Shown here: piece by piece, positions 50,001-63,707 of the stretch
How positions within the stretch are numbered: the stretch's first letter is position 1
Layout of the letters: every line of letters starts with the position of its first letter
From: Tubiluchus corallicola
Taxonomy: Eukaryota > Animalia > Priapulida
Direction of reading: 5' to 3'
Assembly: GCA_030141605.1 (NCBI GenBank)
Contig: JAQGDQ010000100.1
Span: forward strand, 124,001-188,000
DNA: 64,000 bases
Made by a program: the position numbers and the translations under genes
Notes under the pieces: generated by a model
Told to the model about the DNA's origin: nothing
Databases searched by the model: none
The model's input: the letters and a program-made list of their open reading frames with translations, nothing else

Positions 50001-53000
50001 TAATGCCACAAGGAGTTACTGAATCCTCTTTTATATGAAAGCCATATAACAAATTAACACTATCCTTAGATAAAAGGTACTAGAAGGTAAGTAGTTGAAC
50101 ACTAAAAAGTAGTAGCCTACTTGAGCTTAATATATAAACAACCATAAATCCACAATACAAATGGGCATGACAGAACCATCAATCTAGGGTGACTTAATGT
50201 CATGACACACCCCAACCAGAGAACACACAAAAGCAAAAATGTATCTTGAAAATCACATATTTTGATAACCCAAGAGTTTGCAAAGTCTATAAGTGGGCAA
50301 CTACCACAGCCTTGCAGTAAACATCAATAAACTGAAGCCATATAATTGGCTGTCTTTGGTTGCCATAGTAGCAACAGGCCTTGCCTTATAGTAAGACCTC
50401 TTTGCTGTAGGCATCTAGCATTATAGCTCAGTATAGGTATGTTTGGAGGTATGGGGTAAATAATTATTATCATGCTGTTAGGTACTGCTATGAAGTTCTA
50501 TTGGTCTTAATTAAATATATGCTCCAGCATTTAAAAACATTGTGAGGCAGAAAGTAATTTATCTCATTTTACGTATTGATAGTTGATAAATATCAGCAAC
50601 TTATGGAACAAAAATTTTCATTTACATCAGTATACTTTTGAAACACAAATAACCCATTATAACTTGGCTCCTACCTTGCAAAGTCAGTATCTGGCAGTAG
50701 TTTATTCATTGCCTGTAATCGCCTATGAAAACGATCAAGTGCTCTGACTAGTATAGTATTATCACCCGTCTCTTTCTACATATACAAAAACAAAATAGCA
50801 CATTATAAAAGTAAAAATTCCATCAAGAAAAATGGTGAAAATAATTTGCATAACTCACATAATTAAATGTGGTTATACATCCACATGCCTCTCTTAAGTG
50901 ATACTATAAATTTACATAATGAGTGTTATACTGAAAGACTCTACAAGCACAAAAAGCAACTCACTTGGCAAATGTCCTAACAAACAAACATAAAAAATGG
51001 ATATCTAAAAATGCAACTATGAATGTCTGTCCACTAGTGGTGGGACCATATAATTGAATATAATCGATTTAGGTTTCTGATTATCAATTATATTTTCCAA
51101 TTAATTATATTTTTGGGAAAATCCACAAAAATCATCTGCACGAATATAGCCATCATTGCCACAAAGTCAAGTAATATGGCACTACTTTGCGCAAGTAACT
51201 TAGAGCGCTGGCAATGCCATTTAGGTGTGAAGGTTTCTCATAAGCATGAAGCTGTGTTTTTACATACGCCCGCTTTCTTGTAAAATATGCCGGTAAATCG
51301 ACTACAATCAATTGTTGAATTTGTTTCGTGTCCAATTAATTGATTATGAAAATACAATTGAGGACCCACTGCTACTACCCACCTCCAACTGCACACGTTT
51401 TTCAACATAACCAAAATACTGGAGCATTAATGTCATGATAAAGTTGACCAACTTTTTAAGAGGTACTTCATCCATAATATCAGCATCGCTAAAACATAGA
51501 AAGAATTTATAATTAAAAACTTAATAAACTCTATTTGAGTCAAGAATGAAAGCAAACTTGGGTATAAAAACAAACGTAGTAAAAAATTCTAAAAAATGAA
51601 TAGATAAAGTCACTCACCTATCAGACTGTCTGTGTAGAAACATGTCTGTAAAGGAAGCAATAACCAGACAGACATTGCCGAGAAACTCATTGCATCCACA
51701 GTCAACAAATTCCAAGATGTCCTAAACCAGTAATACTTCTATCATGTTTGTTATTGTGAATTACGTTCTTACAGATGATCTTAGTCTTATACAACAATTT
51801 CATCTGTGAATGTGTTCACAAACTTATAACCTATCTATTAATTTACTCATGAAATTAACTAACCTATTAATTTTGCACATTTCATGGCATCAACACAGGT
51901 TTGCTAAATTCCTAATTCATAACTTTAAGAGTTCCAACTGACTATCTCTATATTAAGAATAGATAAATGGTATAAATATTACTAACCATAGGGACATGAC
52001 TGAGATATGCATCCGACGGTCGCTCAAGTTCACTGGGCAACTTTGCAGGTTCCTCTCCAGATTGTAATTTCAGCTGATGCTCCAAAACAGCTATATCTTC
52101 ATCCAACTTCTGCCTAGCACTAACAAAAAAATCATGCACTTAGACAAAGCTAGCATTAAACCAAACACACACACGTCTAAAAATAACAAACTAAAAATGA
52201 TCTCGAGACGTGTTCCATAGACTACTCGCTAAACAGTGAGTGCAGCACAACTATGCAATTTTCAAGTTATTTTTTATTTAAAACATCTGTCTACATGATG
52301 ACTCTCCGTGATTGTCTCCTGACTGCATGCAACTTTTACTAGCTACTACAGATTCAATAAATACAAATTTCTTTGACCAACATAAATTAACATATTAAAT
52401 GAGCAAAAATAAGCTTACTGAGATAAGTATTCATCACTCAGATTGCCAGCAGGTTCCTTCAGAAGTAACAGCAGATCAACACATTGAGCCAGTTGATGAG
52501 GAGTCGTCTAAATCAAAAAAATATAAGCAAGTGAAATAAGCTTAACAAGTCCAAACTAGTAATTTTCGTAAATTAGTGTTTGAAAAAAACAAAAAACGGT
52601 CAAATTTTCTACTGTTAAAAATGATGAAATTTGAGTCATAAGTACATCTTTATCGTGAAATCGCTGTCGCAATTTTGCTCGCAATTCATCAACAATCACA
52701 TTACAGTCCTGCTGTATTCCTTGAAAGGATGGCATGTGCTGATACTGGTCCAAGACCCGTTGGGCTTTTACATAATACCTGCAGATACGTCAGAAAAAAC
52801 CCATAAACAGCAATGATGAGAGAAATACAAAATGATCTGAAACACAGCAAATGAACTCATTTCAAAGATTTATCATGTGAATTTAAGTAATTTATTAAAG
52901 GCTAAAATTTCAATAAAGAAATGACGGCTCACAATTTGAGCCAAAAAACGGTATTGAGAGTTGTGAAGCTAGATATGTCAGACTGATCTTAACTTTTCAA

Positions 53001-54766
53001 TTACTGATGCAGGAAACATTTTCCTAACATTTACATTTATAAACAGTAAGATATTTAATACTTGGTTTACAAATACGTAAATAAGCGAATAAAAAGCTAC
53101 CATAAGAATCTGAAAGAAAACTTTTTAATGAAAACAATGGTTTAGAAAAGAGGTATTAAAATGTGGCAATCACCAACCTCACAGCAGAAGCATAAGATTC
53201 AGCCTCTATGCACTTTTTCAACCGCGAGGGCAACTCAAATAGAAACTGCAACTAAAAACAAACATCAAACCAGATAATAACAGTTTAATCAAAACAAGAA
53301 AAGTATGTTTTTTGTATTTTCAAGAACCTGTAGCTGTTCATATAAATGCATGTACAAAACTGTTTCTGTTTCACACATTCTTGTGTTCAAATGTCTGTAA
53401 TATTGAATGATGTTGCTCCTATCTAGAATTTCAACTTAGAATTTCCAAAAAAATCTATCCATGACATTACCTCTTTTTCAATTGTGATCAAGTGAAAAGA
53501 AACATAATTCTACGCCGATAAATTTCTGGTCACTTACATGCTACAAAAATTATTGCACATTTATAAAATTGCTCCTCTCAAATGCTCATGTTTAACACTA
53601 ACCTTTTTTAATAATGCATGAACGCCAGCCAACTTCTGAATTTGTTGACGTCTGTCTTGCAAGGTATTGCTAATTCTACCACTAAATTCTGTGATAGCTT
53701 CCATATTTGTTGCCAGATGGTCCATTTCATCTTCCATTCGTCGAAAGTCATTTTTCATCTGCATGGTGTACAAAAATGAACTTCAAAAATAATAGCTTCA
53801 CTGTTATTCAGTATTACAAGCACACATTTACATGCAAATAAGAAAGCTCTTTTACTATGCTAATTTATAGTAAATCAGGACTAGAGTGCACTACTTAGTC
53901 TAGAAATAGCTCCCCACAATGGTCATGGACAAACTACAAAAATGGCAATGCATGTCTGCTTCATAGTCAGTCCTTATAGTTGAGTAAAATGTATATTATA
54001 TTTGTCCTTAATATGCCTAATCAATCTCACTTCACAAGCAGTTCAGGTAACGTCATTGGACAGCAAGTGCAGCATATCACATTTTTTTACCATGCATGTA
54101 TTATAAAGCAGAAGTTTTTAGGACATGATTTATTATTTTCACCACAAAACTATAATTAAATATAAAAATGAAGCAATAATACCATAATATATTTACACTG
54201 CAATAACCTTTTATCAATATTTAATAATGATACTTGCTTTTCTAATAGTGTCAGTAGCACTAATAAATTTGTTATAGTTTTCATACACCAATGTCTGCAT
54301 ATCGCTATCTAGTGATCTTATTTCTTTCACCATGTGTGATTCCTCATCCAACAATTGGGTTAAATTCTTTTCCTTCAAAATTGAAAAATAAATATAACTA
54401 AACTATGTTACGAGCTCATTTAATCACTAGATTTTGACTGTGATAAGTTAAAATCTATAAACCAATACTTTTATGTTCAATAACAATTAATATCTAGTGA
54501 GCAGCTACGTAAAGAAGAAAGATTCAATATAAATAAGGACCCCAAACACATGCTTGCACAAGTGATTCAAATTACAATTCAAAGTTAAATTATATTACCT
54601 TAAGCATTTTATTAAGATATAAATTTGGTTCAAAATGCACTCCATCAATATCAATTGGATCAGCTGTAGCAGAATTTCTTGCTGCTTCATGTTGATCACT
54701 TTCATAATATGAATTTAATGCATCCTGTTTTTTCCGCTTTGGCTCATTGTTTACCTCCATTTCCAT
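44087..54766 (-). CDS. VPS51: Vacuolar protein sorting-associated protein 51 (GARP/EARP subunit), 21 coding exons: 54766-54599, 54372-54238, 53758-53603, 53251-53178, 52778-52646, 52507-52419, 52119-51987, 51721-51618, 51488-51383, 50775-50675, 49689-49610, 49148-49000, 48587-48465, 48096-47992, 47858-47718, 46871-46761, 45981-45860, 45655-45532, 45298-45186, 44740-44662, 44116-44087; ~791 aa
   Basis: In-frame spliced product contains [114 protein letters not shown] and ends IELICERG*. These are hallmark VPS51 sequences. Confidence 0.96.
44322..44445. mobile_element. tRNA-derived SINE-like remnant in the last VPS51 intron
   Basis: ggatttgaacc (box B on the minus strand) followed on the plus strand by tgtaatctagtg...gcttgtaacctaaatgttcgcaattcaaatc. 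Confidence 0.4.
46903..47046. repeat. 72-bp tandem duplication in a VPS51 intron
   Basis: caaactgcaagtgctaaagcatagcaaatta... at 46903 and again at 46975. Confidence 0.9.
51035..51374. mobile_element. hAT-like MITE in a VPS51 intron
   Basis: Imperfect TIRs tagtggtgggacc...aattg...taatcgatt / aattgatta...caattgaggacccactgcta. The 8-bp flanks ctgtccac and ctacccac match at 6 of 8 positions. Confidence 0.6.
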
Positions 54767-57700
54767 TTAATCTAGAAAAAAATACATTTCACTGACTCAT
54801 TATCATGCTAATTTATGATCCAGCACTTAGTCGAACATCACGGTCAACTGACTTTCGATAAAATCAATTAATCAGAATTGTATTTTAAATCAATAGTAAG
54901 CTCACCTGCAAATCACCTGTAAGCTCACATAAATTTTAGTCTTTCATATGTACACATTCACCAAATTTCAGTTTTCATGCAAAGTACAACCTCACACTCA
55001 AGTTTGCAAAAATCACCTGGCTTCCCTTGCCATTACTTATTATTAGTACTAACTGCAACAGTGAAACAATTAATACTTAATAGTACTATTATCTACATGT
55101 AATGCATCTCATGACAACGTAATAATAGTTGCACAAATGCCAGAGGATGTACGAAAATAAACACTTTATTGATACAACTATATGGCTATGTACAGGTGCG
55201 GTGCTGTTGACAGTAACTGATACACTGCACAAGCTAGCTTTCTTACACAGGCTGCTGATTGTACAGGTAAATACAATTGCGCAATCAGCAATTACTGAGC
55301 ATGCTCAAAGAGGAAATGTCCCAACATCACTCAAGGTCCTGTGAAGCTATTACTAATGGCACACTGAGTATGGAGTTCCATTACATATATTACATTAAAG
55401 GGTGTCAAAATTAAAAATTAAGGTATTTTATTTTATTTAATAAAAAGACATAAGAAGCCTGGTGAAATGCAATAACAGCAAGTGTTAACTGCAAGCCTTT
55501 CATGGTCTTTTGCAAAAGAATGCACAGTACTCAGTAGCACCACAAGTGAACACTACCGGGTATCGTTTTTCATCAGTGACGGGGCCAAGGCCCGCCTGCA
55601 CAATAGTGAAGTGTGATGACCTCGCAAGCACATTTGTGCAAGTTCATTCAGTAGCAACGAAAAGGGGCCTGAATAAGCACCACCAGCACAACGGGCAATT
55701 GAAAAATCTCATCCGCTATCCAAATTAACAAACGGCAAACGCAATGGCTTGCGAAGTCTAAGAAACCTAACCATAACGCGGCTACTGACGGTCTATTCTC
55801 AACAATTTGCGTGCATCAACTGTTTCACTATTAAGTGATTTCCAAATGCTCAAAACACAAGTAGAGAAGAAATGGGCTCTGCTCCTCTGATATTACTATA
55901 GACTAGCATTAGTGCGAGTATTGTACAAATAACTTAGTAATAACTAATGCTGCGCGCTCCCCACATATAAATGAACAAACTTTTGGCTTCTAATCTAGGT
56001 TCCGTGTACAAATCAGGCTCTACTACCGGTACAAACTGCAAAGGCTAGCTTCCACTTTTTCCACATTTTCTTTATTTTCAGTTCTCAATTTCTGACTAGA
56101 ATCGGCGCACCACGAATTTAGCTTATACCAATGCTTATTCCAATTACACCAATTACTCAAACGGCCACATCAATAATAATTATTGTTACACTATAATAAT
56201 TATAACATTAAAATTACAGTGTAGCTAATAATTATTGTTGTCCAAAGTAAGCATGCCCATTTACAATTATTTTTACGTATTTTAATAAAATAACACATTT
56301 TTATCTGTAGAATTTTGAGAAATCACTAATACTAATCTCACATACAAAAAATTTATCGTTCATAAGTTACAATCTGGGTTTGCTGACAAACACCATCCTG
56401 CCAGGCTGCCACATTTGCCATGGAAAATAAATTGAGCCTGCGTATGGCTATAGGCTTTTCAGGAAACTTAGTTACTGAAAGGCTCTGCTAGGTCAAGGCA
56501 TATTAAGGCTAGACGTCACCATTTTTATAATATGCTTGGTGGATTGATGATATCCTCAGTACATGAGGCAGTGTGGTTTATGCTCTCTCTTTTGCTCCAC
56601 AATAGAACTGGTTGGCGAATGTCACTTTAACAGATATGTTGGAGATTAGTAGAAAAAAACTCAATATCCATTTTGTTCAAAATACTTACCAGAAGTGCTC
56701 AATCGGCAGATTTGCAAAGTTGTGAGCCAGATCTGCAATTTTTTCTTGCACATTTGCAGATCTCGAAACACATTGCATGTGGACCCATCCCATGAATAAA
56801 GTCACCAGTCCAGCCAATTTCTTTTAACTATTGTTTAATATCTGGTTTCAGAGCTGGAACATAGCTTTCTGAAGGCTTATTCGACTTTTTTTCTAATACA
56901 CAGACCAAAACATACGTAACTATAGTTACTCGGCATAGCTGGCTTAATGCCCAAGAAACCCTCATTATGCACCTATGCACGAACTATCTAATCCTTTTAT
57001 TTATTAATAATTTTATGTTTAGTTTATATTTATTTTAATTCAGTACATAAAATACCATATTGCAGATATTTACAATGCACATAAAAACTATAATGATAAA
57101 ACAGTATAGAAATTACTAACTAGTACTCATTAAGAATAACTTAACCTAAAAATTTACAACTTTAAAATCATCCCATGTAGTGTCTTTTGACAGCTTTAAA
57201 AAAAACAGTGAGTCAAATAATGCATCAGAGTTTATACAACACTTAATTAAAATGTCCTTTTTACTGCAAATATATGGTTTCTCAAACTATAACAGCTTTT
57301 CCTTACTAAAACTTTAAAGTGTGGAACATAATTATGTGCACATATATAAGACGCCTTCATACCTAATTCTGATTAACAATATCTATGTCAGCACTATAAT
57401 CATCAGATAATAATAATGTGCCACGGGGTATTTTCCACTTTACAGACATTAATTTTTGGTTTAGCATTAGAAAACATTTTCCAGTTACATTATTTCGCAT
57501 CTTTTTTGAGAAAAAAGTATAGACATTTGGTTCTTAACTCACTAAACATCGTGTCACGAGAAACAGCAAAGTTTTCGCATATATCTAAGAATATCTGTAA
57601 ACTGTTGACATGCAGAAGGTTCTATTAAGCACAAATCATCAGCAAATAACAAACGACTGACATATACACTATCTACGCGTAGCATCAGAGACACTTTTCA

Positions 57701-60646
57701 ATTTTCTGACAAATCATTAACATAAATTTCGAAAAAGAAGGGGTGACAAGGCTCCTCCTTAACATATATAATTAGACATGTGTGTGTGTGTGTGCTTGTG
57801 CATGGACAGTGTCAGAGAAAGTAATGGCAGTTATGTGTTGCAGTTATACGTTTCTCAAAAAAATTTAAGTAGCGAAGTATAATTTTTCAATTTGAGGAGA
57901 TTCAGTTGGAACTGTTTTGTGGTTCGACGTTATTGCTGATAATAGCACAGTCCAACAAATCAGACTGAATTAACTCTATTACAGATGTACTTTATTGCGT
58001 ACGAAAACTGAGAAAAGCTGCCGTCAAAGTTGGGTGTTAGCGATTACGCGATGATATTTTTGTGCAATTTCTCATGGGGATATTTAGTACTTTTGCCTAC
58101 ATCTGTTAATGCAATCTAGGTAATCATTTCCATTTTGATGAGTAATTTTAAATTTAAATGGTGACGAGTTGTTGGGATATAAATAATGCTGACATTGCTA
58201 AGTCTGGTAGATCTAAATTTCATTTGATGTGAAAAAAAATCATGAGGCCGCTTACAAAATTAGTTACCATTGATTACAGTGACACGTAATGGTCGCATAA
58301 TTATTGCTTAAGATGGGTGGAATAAACTACTATATTATACTAATATCGTGTATGTATTAATAGTAAAATGATCTGTTTCCCGGTTTTTTTTCGGAAATCG
58401 TTTTTTAACTCTGAACCTAAAACTATACAGTGGGCTGCTCAAATAGAAGATGATTTACGAATTTAACCCGAAAAGTTGTAGAACAAATGTGGCACAAACC
58501 ATATAATATTATATGTACAAGAACTAGACTATATACTGGAATATCGTATCAATGAAAATAAAGCATGATCGTACGTTAACAAGCTTTAAGAAAAGTCACA
58601 AAAGGAGCTGTGAGGAACCGTAGATAGGGGGCAATGATTAAATCGGTTCGACCACCTAGATCCATAGGTCAACTAGGTGGTGTACTATCCCGAGTGGGCA
58701 AGGACTTTGAATAAGGGAGCAGCGCCAGAAAAGCAGTACAAAGCTGGTTTTTTACCTGTGACTTGGCAGATGCTAATCATGCTAATTTACGAATTGATCA
58801 AAATCAGTGTAATACTCGGAATTAATTTTAAAGATTTAAGCATTTAATACAACAAAACCATTAGATGCAATGTTAATCACTAATAACAACAATAACAATA
58901 AAGCAATTCAGTTTAGATAATGTGGGCAATCACTCTTTTATAAAAATGGCATGGCAGGCCTGCCTAATAAAGTCATGCGAGCATAGGCCTACACAACACC
59001 ACTCACACATAACCAGATAACGCTATAATGTTTCTTGTTATGGTTCCGCCTGGCAAATTCAGAGTTATGGGCATTATTAGAATAAACATTGAGTTGCAGA
59101 ATTTCTATCCGCAAATATAAGATATACTAAAGACGTTTACCATTTGCATTAAGACAGCATTCAAGAGGTAATCCATTCCGGCAGCCTTTTAATGAAGAAA
59201 TAAAGTTTAAAGTTTTATACCTGCAAGTTCCTTAAATGACCCAATAGTTCAAACCTGTGCACAGGTGTGTAGGCAAACTGACACATTAATCCTCGCAACT
59301 GGAGATCGTCTTTATTTGCCATCAGACGGCACAACAGGTTTAAGTTGGAACAGAATCTTAAAAAGCATAACTGGCCACCATATCAGTCACATCTTACTTC
59401 AGCCGTGTCACTGGAAATCAGAAAAAGATGCTGGAAATTATGGCGTTAAGTTACCCCAACTCATAATGTTCAAGATTGCTGATAATCGTAATCCAAATTC
59501 TTGATAAAATTAAGCCAAACACAGCCAGATTTAGTCAAATCCATGAATGCAAAATAGCCAAAATAAGAAAAATTTATAATGTGAATTCCACTGTATGTTA
59601 GTTAAATAACTATATAGGCCTACGTGATAAGCCTGGTACATACTTAATTCATTAGTGATGCCATTTCGGTACAGTAGTTAAATGCTACTTTGGAACTTTG
59701 CCAAAATCTTATTGTGAAATTGAACTTCAATTAAGTTCGTTTTACTCCCAAAAGAACAAGTTCACTATAGTGAAACAATTTGTCCATCACTGCGGTTTTA
59801 TAGGTAAAGTCTCCTGTACTGTACATAAAAATGACTAATTATGTGTTCATGCAAATTGCAAATTCTTAAAGAATTCACTGTGAAATGTTGTTGCTACACC
59901 TTTCATATCTGCAAACATTAACGACTTATGTAAAATTGCAAATTTATCGTTGTTTCAAATTAACTTTCGAACAGAGTCCTGGGCTACCTAACCTTTTGGT
60001 CACTAAATTCAGTAAATTGATATTTTCGTTAAAGTTTAGGCGCGTCACCAAGTCTGTAACATGATATTGTTGGTTTCTGAGGAAATCTAAATATATCTTT
60101 TACACGATTAGAATGATTAACTTTCAGGTTTAGTCTCATTTCTTAATTCAGTTGTCACACATTTTTATGCCTTTACTTGTAGTATTGTGATGGTATTAAT
60201 GTATATTGTGCTTGGTGTGCTATAATTCCAAATTTGTAGAACTCAGTTTATTAAGAGTGTCAACTGCGTAGGGTGATGCTCAGAAACTTCTGATGCCCAT
60301 AAAATTGCTTTGTAATTCTACTAATTCATTAAGCCTGTGCACTATAATTAAGGCTGTGATTAGAGATCTGCACATCTACTGATGTCATTGAAAGCTATTA
60401 CGTGTACCAGACTAACCTTTACCATTATAGATAGTAGCCAGTTTGCCACTTTAGGTAAATCTAAGCCTTACACAGCTGCAGCATTGTATCCGTTACATTA
60501 CTGTTCAATGAAAACATTGTTGCAAAGTTTTCGTATAACCATACATGCCCTCTAAAATTAAACATCTGTATATATGTGAATGCAGTGCATTCCTTTGTAA
60601 AAAATGTTTATTCTAGGGTAAGAAACGAGTGTAACTACAGTCAAGC

Positions 60647-61303
60647 ATGCCTAAGGTAATATCGAGAAGCATCGTTGTCCAGGATTCGAAGGATACGGAA
60701 GAATATGTAGGCGAGAAACCACTGTATGTGTACTACTGCTTGTGTGGTGCCATGGTACTTATCCTAGACTGTGAACTTGATAAATTGCCAATGCGTAGAC
60801 GAGATGATGCTAGAGTTATTGATGGCATTAAACATGCACACAAACTGACTTGTGAAGATGATGAAATGGTTTATCTCAGATGGGTTGATGGAATCGAAAA
60901 ACAGTATAGAAAGAAGTGCAAGAGTTGCAGTTTATTGCTTGCATATCAGCATCAGAAAGACAGCGGTGTCTCCTTCATTGTGAAAGGCTCTTTGTTAAAG
61001 TCATCTCAGGGTGGCATTAAGACGGACGTTGCACAGCCGTCGGCAAAGAAGGTCATGCTGAAAAAGCACATGAAGAACATGGGCAAGTTTAGTTCTGTTA
61101 CAGTTTCTACAATTGATGAAGAAGAAGATGAAATAGAAGCTAGAGAAGTAGCCGATTCTTATGCTGCCAATGCTCGCGTTATTGAAAAACAGATGGAACG
61201 AAAGGGTCTGAACAAACGTAAAGCTGCAGAGCAGGCAGGAACTTTTATGGAGCCAGAAATTACAAAACGCCGACCAAAGGGAACATTGTTAGACTATAAG
61301 TGA
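60647..61303 (+). CDS. STEEP1: STING ER exit protein 1 / CXorf56 (UPF0428) homolog, single coding exon, 218 aa
   Basis: [10 protein letters not shown]...[81 protein letters not shown] and KGTLLD match the family. A splice acceptor (tttattctag, ~60616) lies just upstream of the ATG. Confidence 0.95.
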   Translation: MPKVISRSIVVQDSKDTEEYVGEKPLYVYYCLCGAMVLILDCELDKLPMRRRDDARVIDGIKHAHKLTCEDDEMVYLRWVDGIEKQYRKKCKSCSLLLAYQHQKDSGVSFIVKGSLLKSSQGGIKTDVAQPSAKKVMLKKHMKNMGKFSSVTVSTIDEEEDEIEAREVADSYAANARVIEKQMERKGLNKRKAAEQAGTFMEPEITKRRPKGTLLDYK

Positions 61304-63149
61304 AAATTATTGACTCAATATGTGGTATTACGCATTTCTACAGCACCATTAGTGTGCCATTTGATTGACTGATTCGCTCATTCAAACAAGTAATTTCTTG
61401 TGTTTTTATTTTAAATTTGATGCCTTTTTAATTTTTCTAATATTGTACTTCTGTACATATTTAATTGTTGGCTTTACTGGTAGCATGCTATTGAGAAATG
61501 ACAAGTTGGACAGTGGATGAATTCATGAGCTTTTACCTAAGATCACATACAATGTACATACTGTATATAGACCACCTTTTACATAGCTAAACAAATGTTG
61601 TAATTCAGTATATTTGTATGCAAAATTTCAATTACACAAGAAAGCTGTAAAATGTAAGATGTTTATAATTGAGCACATTTTGATTTGTCTGTTTACACTG
61701 TACATATTTCATACATTATTTATAATAGAAAATCAGAGCAATTAGTAATGGAAAATCGTAGTAGTTGTTCACCAAGATTATTTTGTGCTCGTAACTTATT
61801 GTTTTACAGTGTATGTCCAGTTAAAAGACAATGTTTTGCGAGAGAGCTACCTTTATTTTATGTTACATTCATGCAGGCTTGGAAGTGATGCTCATGTGCA
61901 TTAGTGGCCTTGGTAAAAATTTCCATTGTATCTCTGGATGTCTTTTACCTTCTTATATTTGACTTGGTTTACATATTTTTTTCTTGTTTGTATTATAGTA
62001 TCACAATTCGAAATTGCTAATGTTTTTAATTTCATCCATGGTGCTACAATGTGGTAATGATAATAATCTGTCACACTTGAAATAAATCTGTGACTGCAAC
62101 TTTGCAAATTTTGTTCATTGTTGTCTCTAGCATAAAAAATGTTGATAGTCTTCATACATATTTGTATTTTGGCAGTTATCTACAAAACATTCAGTTATTC
62201 AAGATCATGCTGTGCTTGCTTTTATAAAATAGATTGTTCATGGAGACATATCGAGCATCTATTGATATGTAACAGTGGTTTTGATCATCTTATACAGAAA
62301 TTCCATGTCTTTATTAAGGGTGGGTGAATAACCAAGTAATTATGATGTGCTCAAAGTTAATCAACACTTAGTTGGTCAATAAATGGATGGGTGGACATAA
62401 GAAAAAGTGCTTTTGAACATTTGCTTTTATCTGCTACACTCATTACTGTCGCCCTCCAATTGTTTACCTTGTGGGAGTTTACCTTGTCCTGTGTGAACGC
62501 AGCATCCAGACATGGCTGTGATACACTTGCCAGTTCAGTATCACATCTTAGAGAGTTATCTTTCACAACCTGAGAGATTCTAGCCCTGCCACGAGAAGTT
62601 CTGGCACTGCTATATCTATCTGCCTTAAGTAAATCTTGCTCTTGAGTGCTATACAAGCTTGCAGACTGCCATACTGTATAAAAAAGAAAGCAATAATTTT
62701 GACCATCTTCCATTTTGTTTTTATAGCACAGTAAAGACGTCAATTTAGTTTGTCAATATTTCTTCCACCATGGTGTGTTGCCACTTCTTCATTAGATTTA
62801 TAGTTCTTTCAGCCATTTGTACTAATCCTGAATTTTTTTCTAAAAGTAGAAAGCTTTGACTCCAGGCAGTGCTTACTACTTATTGTAGTGAAAATCGATC
62901 ATGCTCATACATATATTTGAACAGACATATGATTATATTACATTGTCATAAATACCGCAACACAAAACTAAAAAACCAATAGTCATAATAATTAGTATTA
63001 TTGGTATTATAGTGAGTAGTTTGATTGTACGCAACTGCTTACAAATGCAGATTAATTTGCAGCAACTGAAAAACTTCCCTGTCAAGTTGGCAACAGATGG
63101 TGTGGTAATGCTATGATGATTCTATAATAATGCAAGATATTGTATGCAG

Positions 63150-63707
63150 GTGAACCGTGGAGTAAACAAGTGCAGAATTTTTGACTGAAACAGTTGAATA
63201 GAGTGAAAACGCTATTCCAAGTGGAAGCTAGTCATTGCAAGAGACTAATAGAAAGGTAGGCGTACTTTTTATTTTTGCTATGTAGGAGTACCAACTAAAT
63301 AATTACTTACAGTCAGGCAACTTTGAAATAACAAATATCTAAGCGAAATACTATGTAATTCATCGGATTATCATGTTCTTTTTCATAGAACTTATTTTTC
63401 AGCTACAAATCATGTCCCGTGATTACACTTTTAGTCCCACAACAAATGAAGGTCTTTTAAAGCATTCTGAACTACCCAGAAAACAGGTTTGATCCACAAG
63501 CATCTTGGGGTGTTGCTAATCAAATTTGGTATTAAATTACAGATGGTACTGCCATCTTGGTGACTGTATTGGAAATTCTGGCTAGTACATATAACTTATA
63601 TTATACTAACATTTATATTATGTAAGTCCAGAAATTTTGTAATCAGGAAGAATGGATCCGAGTGGTTATTAACGATCATTTACATGTTTCTAAAATGTGT
63701 AATTACA
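63150..63707 (+). other. Exon-like segments (63150-63255, 63403-63486, 63647-63707) of a possible further gene running out of the window
   Basis: Each segment has a pyrimidine-AG acceptor and a GT donor. An ATG at 63412 gives MSRDYTFSPTTNEGLLKHSELPRKQ-EEWIRVVINDHLHVSKMCNY. No family was recognised and no in-frame continuation was found. Confidence 0.25.

Noticed and set aside
56682-56760. ATACTTACC as a possible U1 snRNA 5' end
   Set aside because: The downstream sequence does not follow U1 (no TGGCAGGGG, no loop I ATTGCAC in position). It is better explained as a minus-strand GTAAGT splice donor.
56280-59130. Weak inverted similarity between ~56300-56400 and ~59040-59110
   Set aside because: Too degenerate to support as TIRs by eye.
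63150-63255. In-frame TGA in an exon-like segment as possible selenocysteine
   Set aside because: No selenoprotein motif or SECIS is visible, and the frame hits a stop in the next exon. A UTR exon or chance is more likely.
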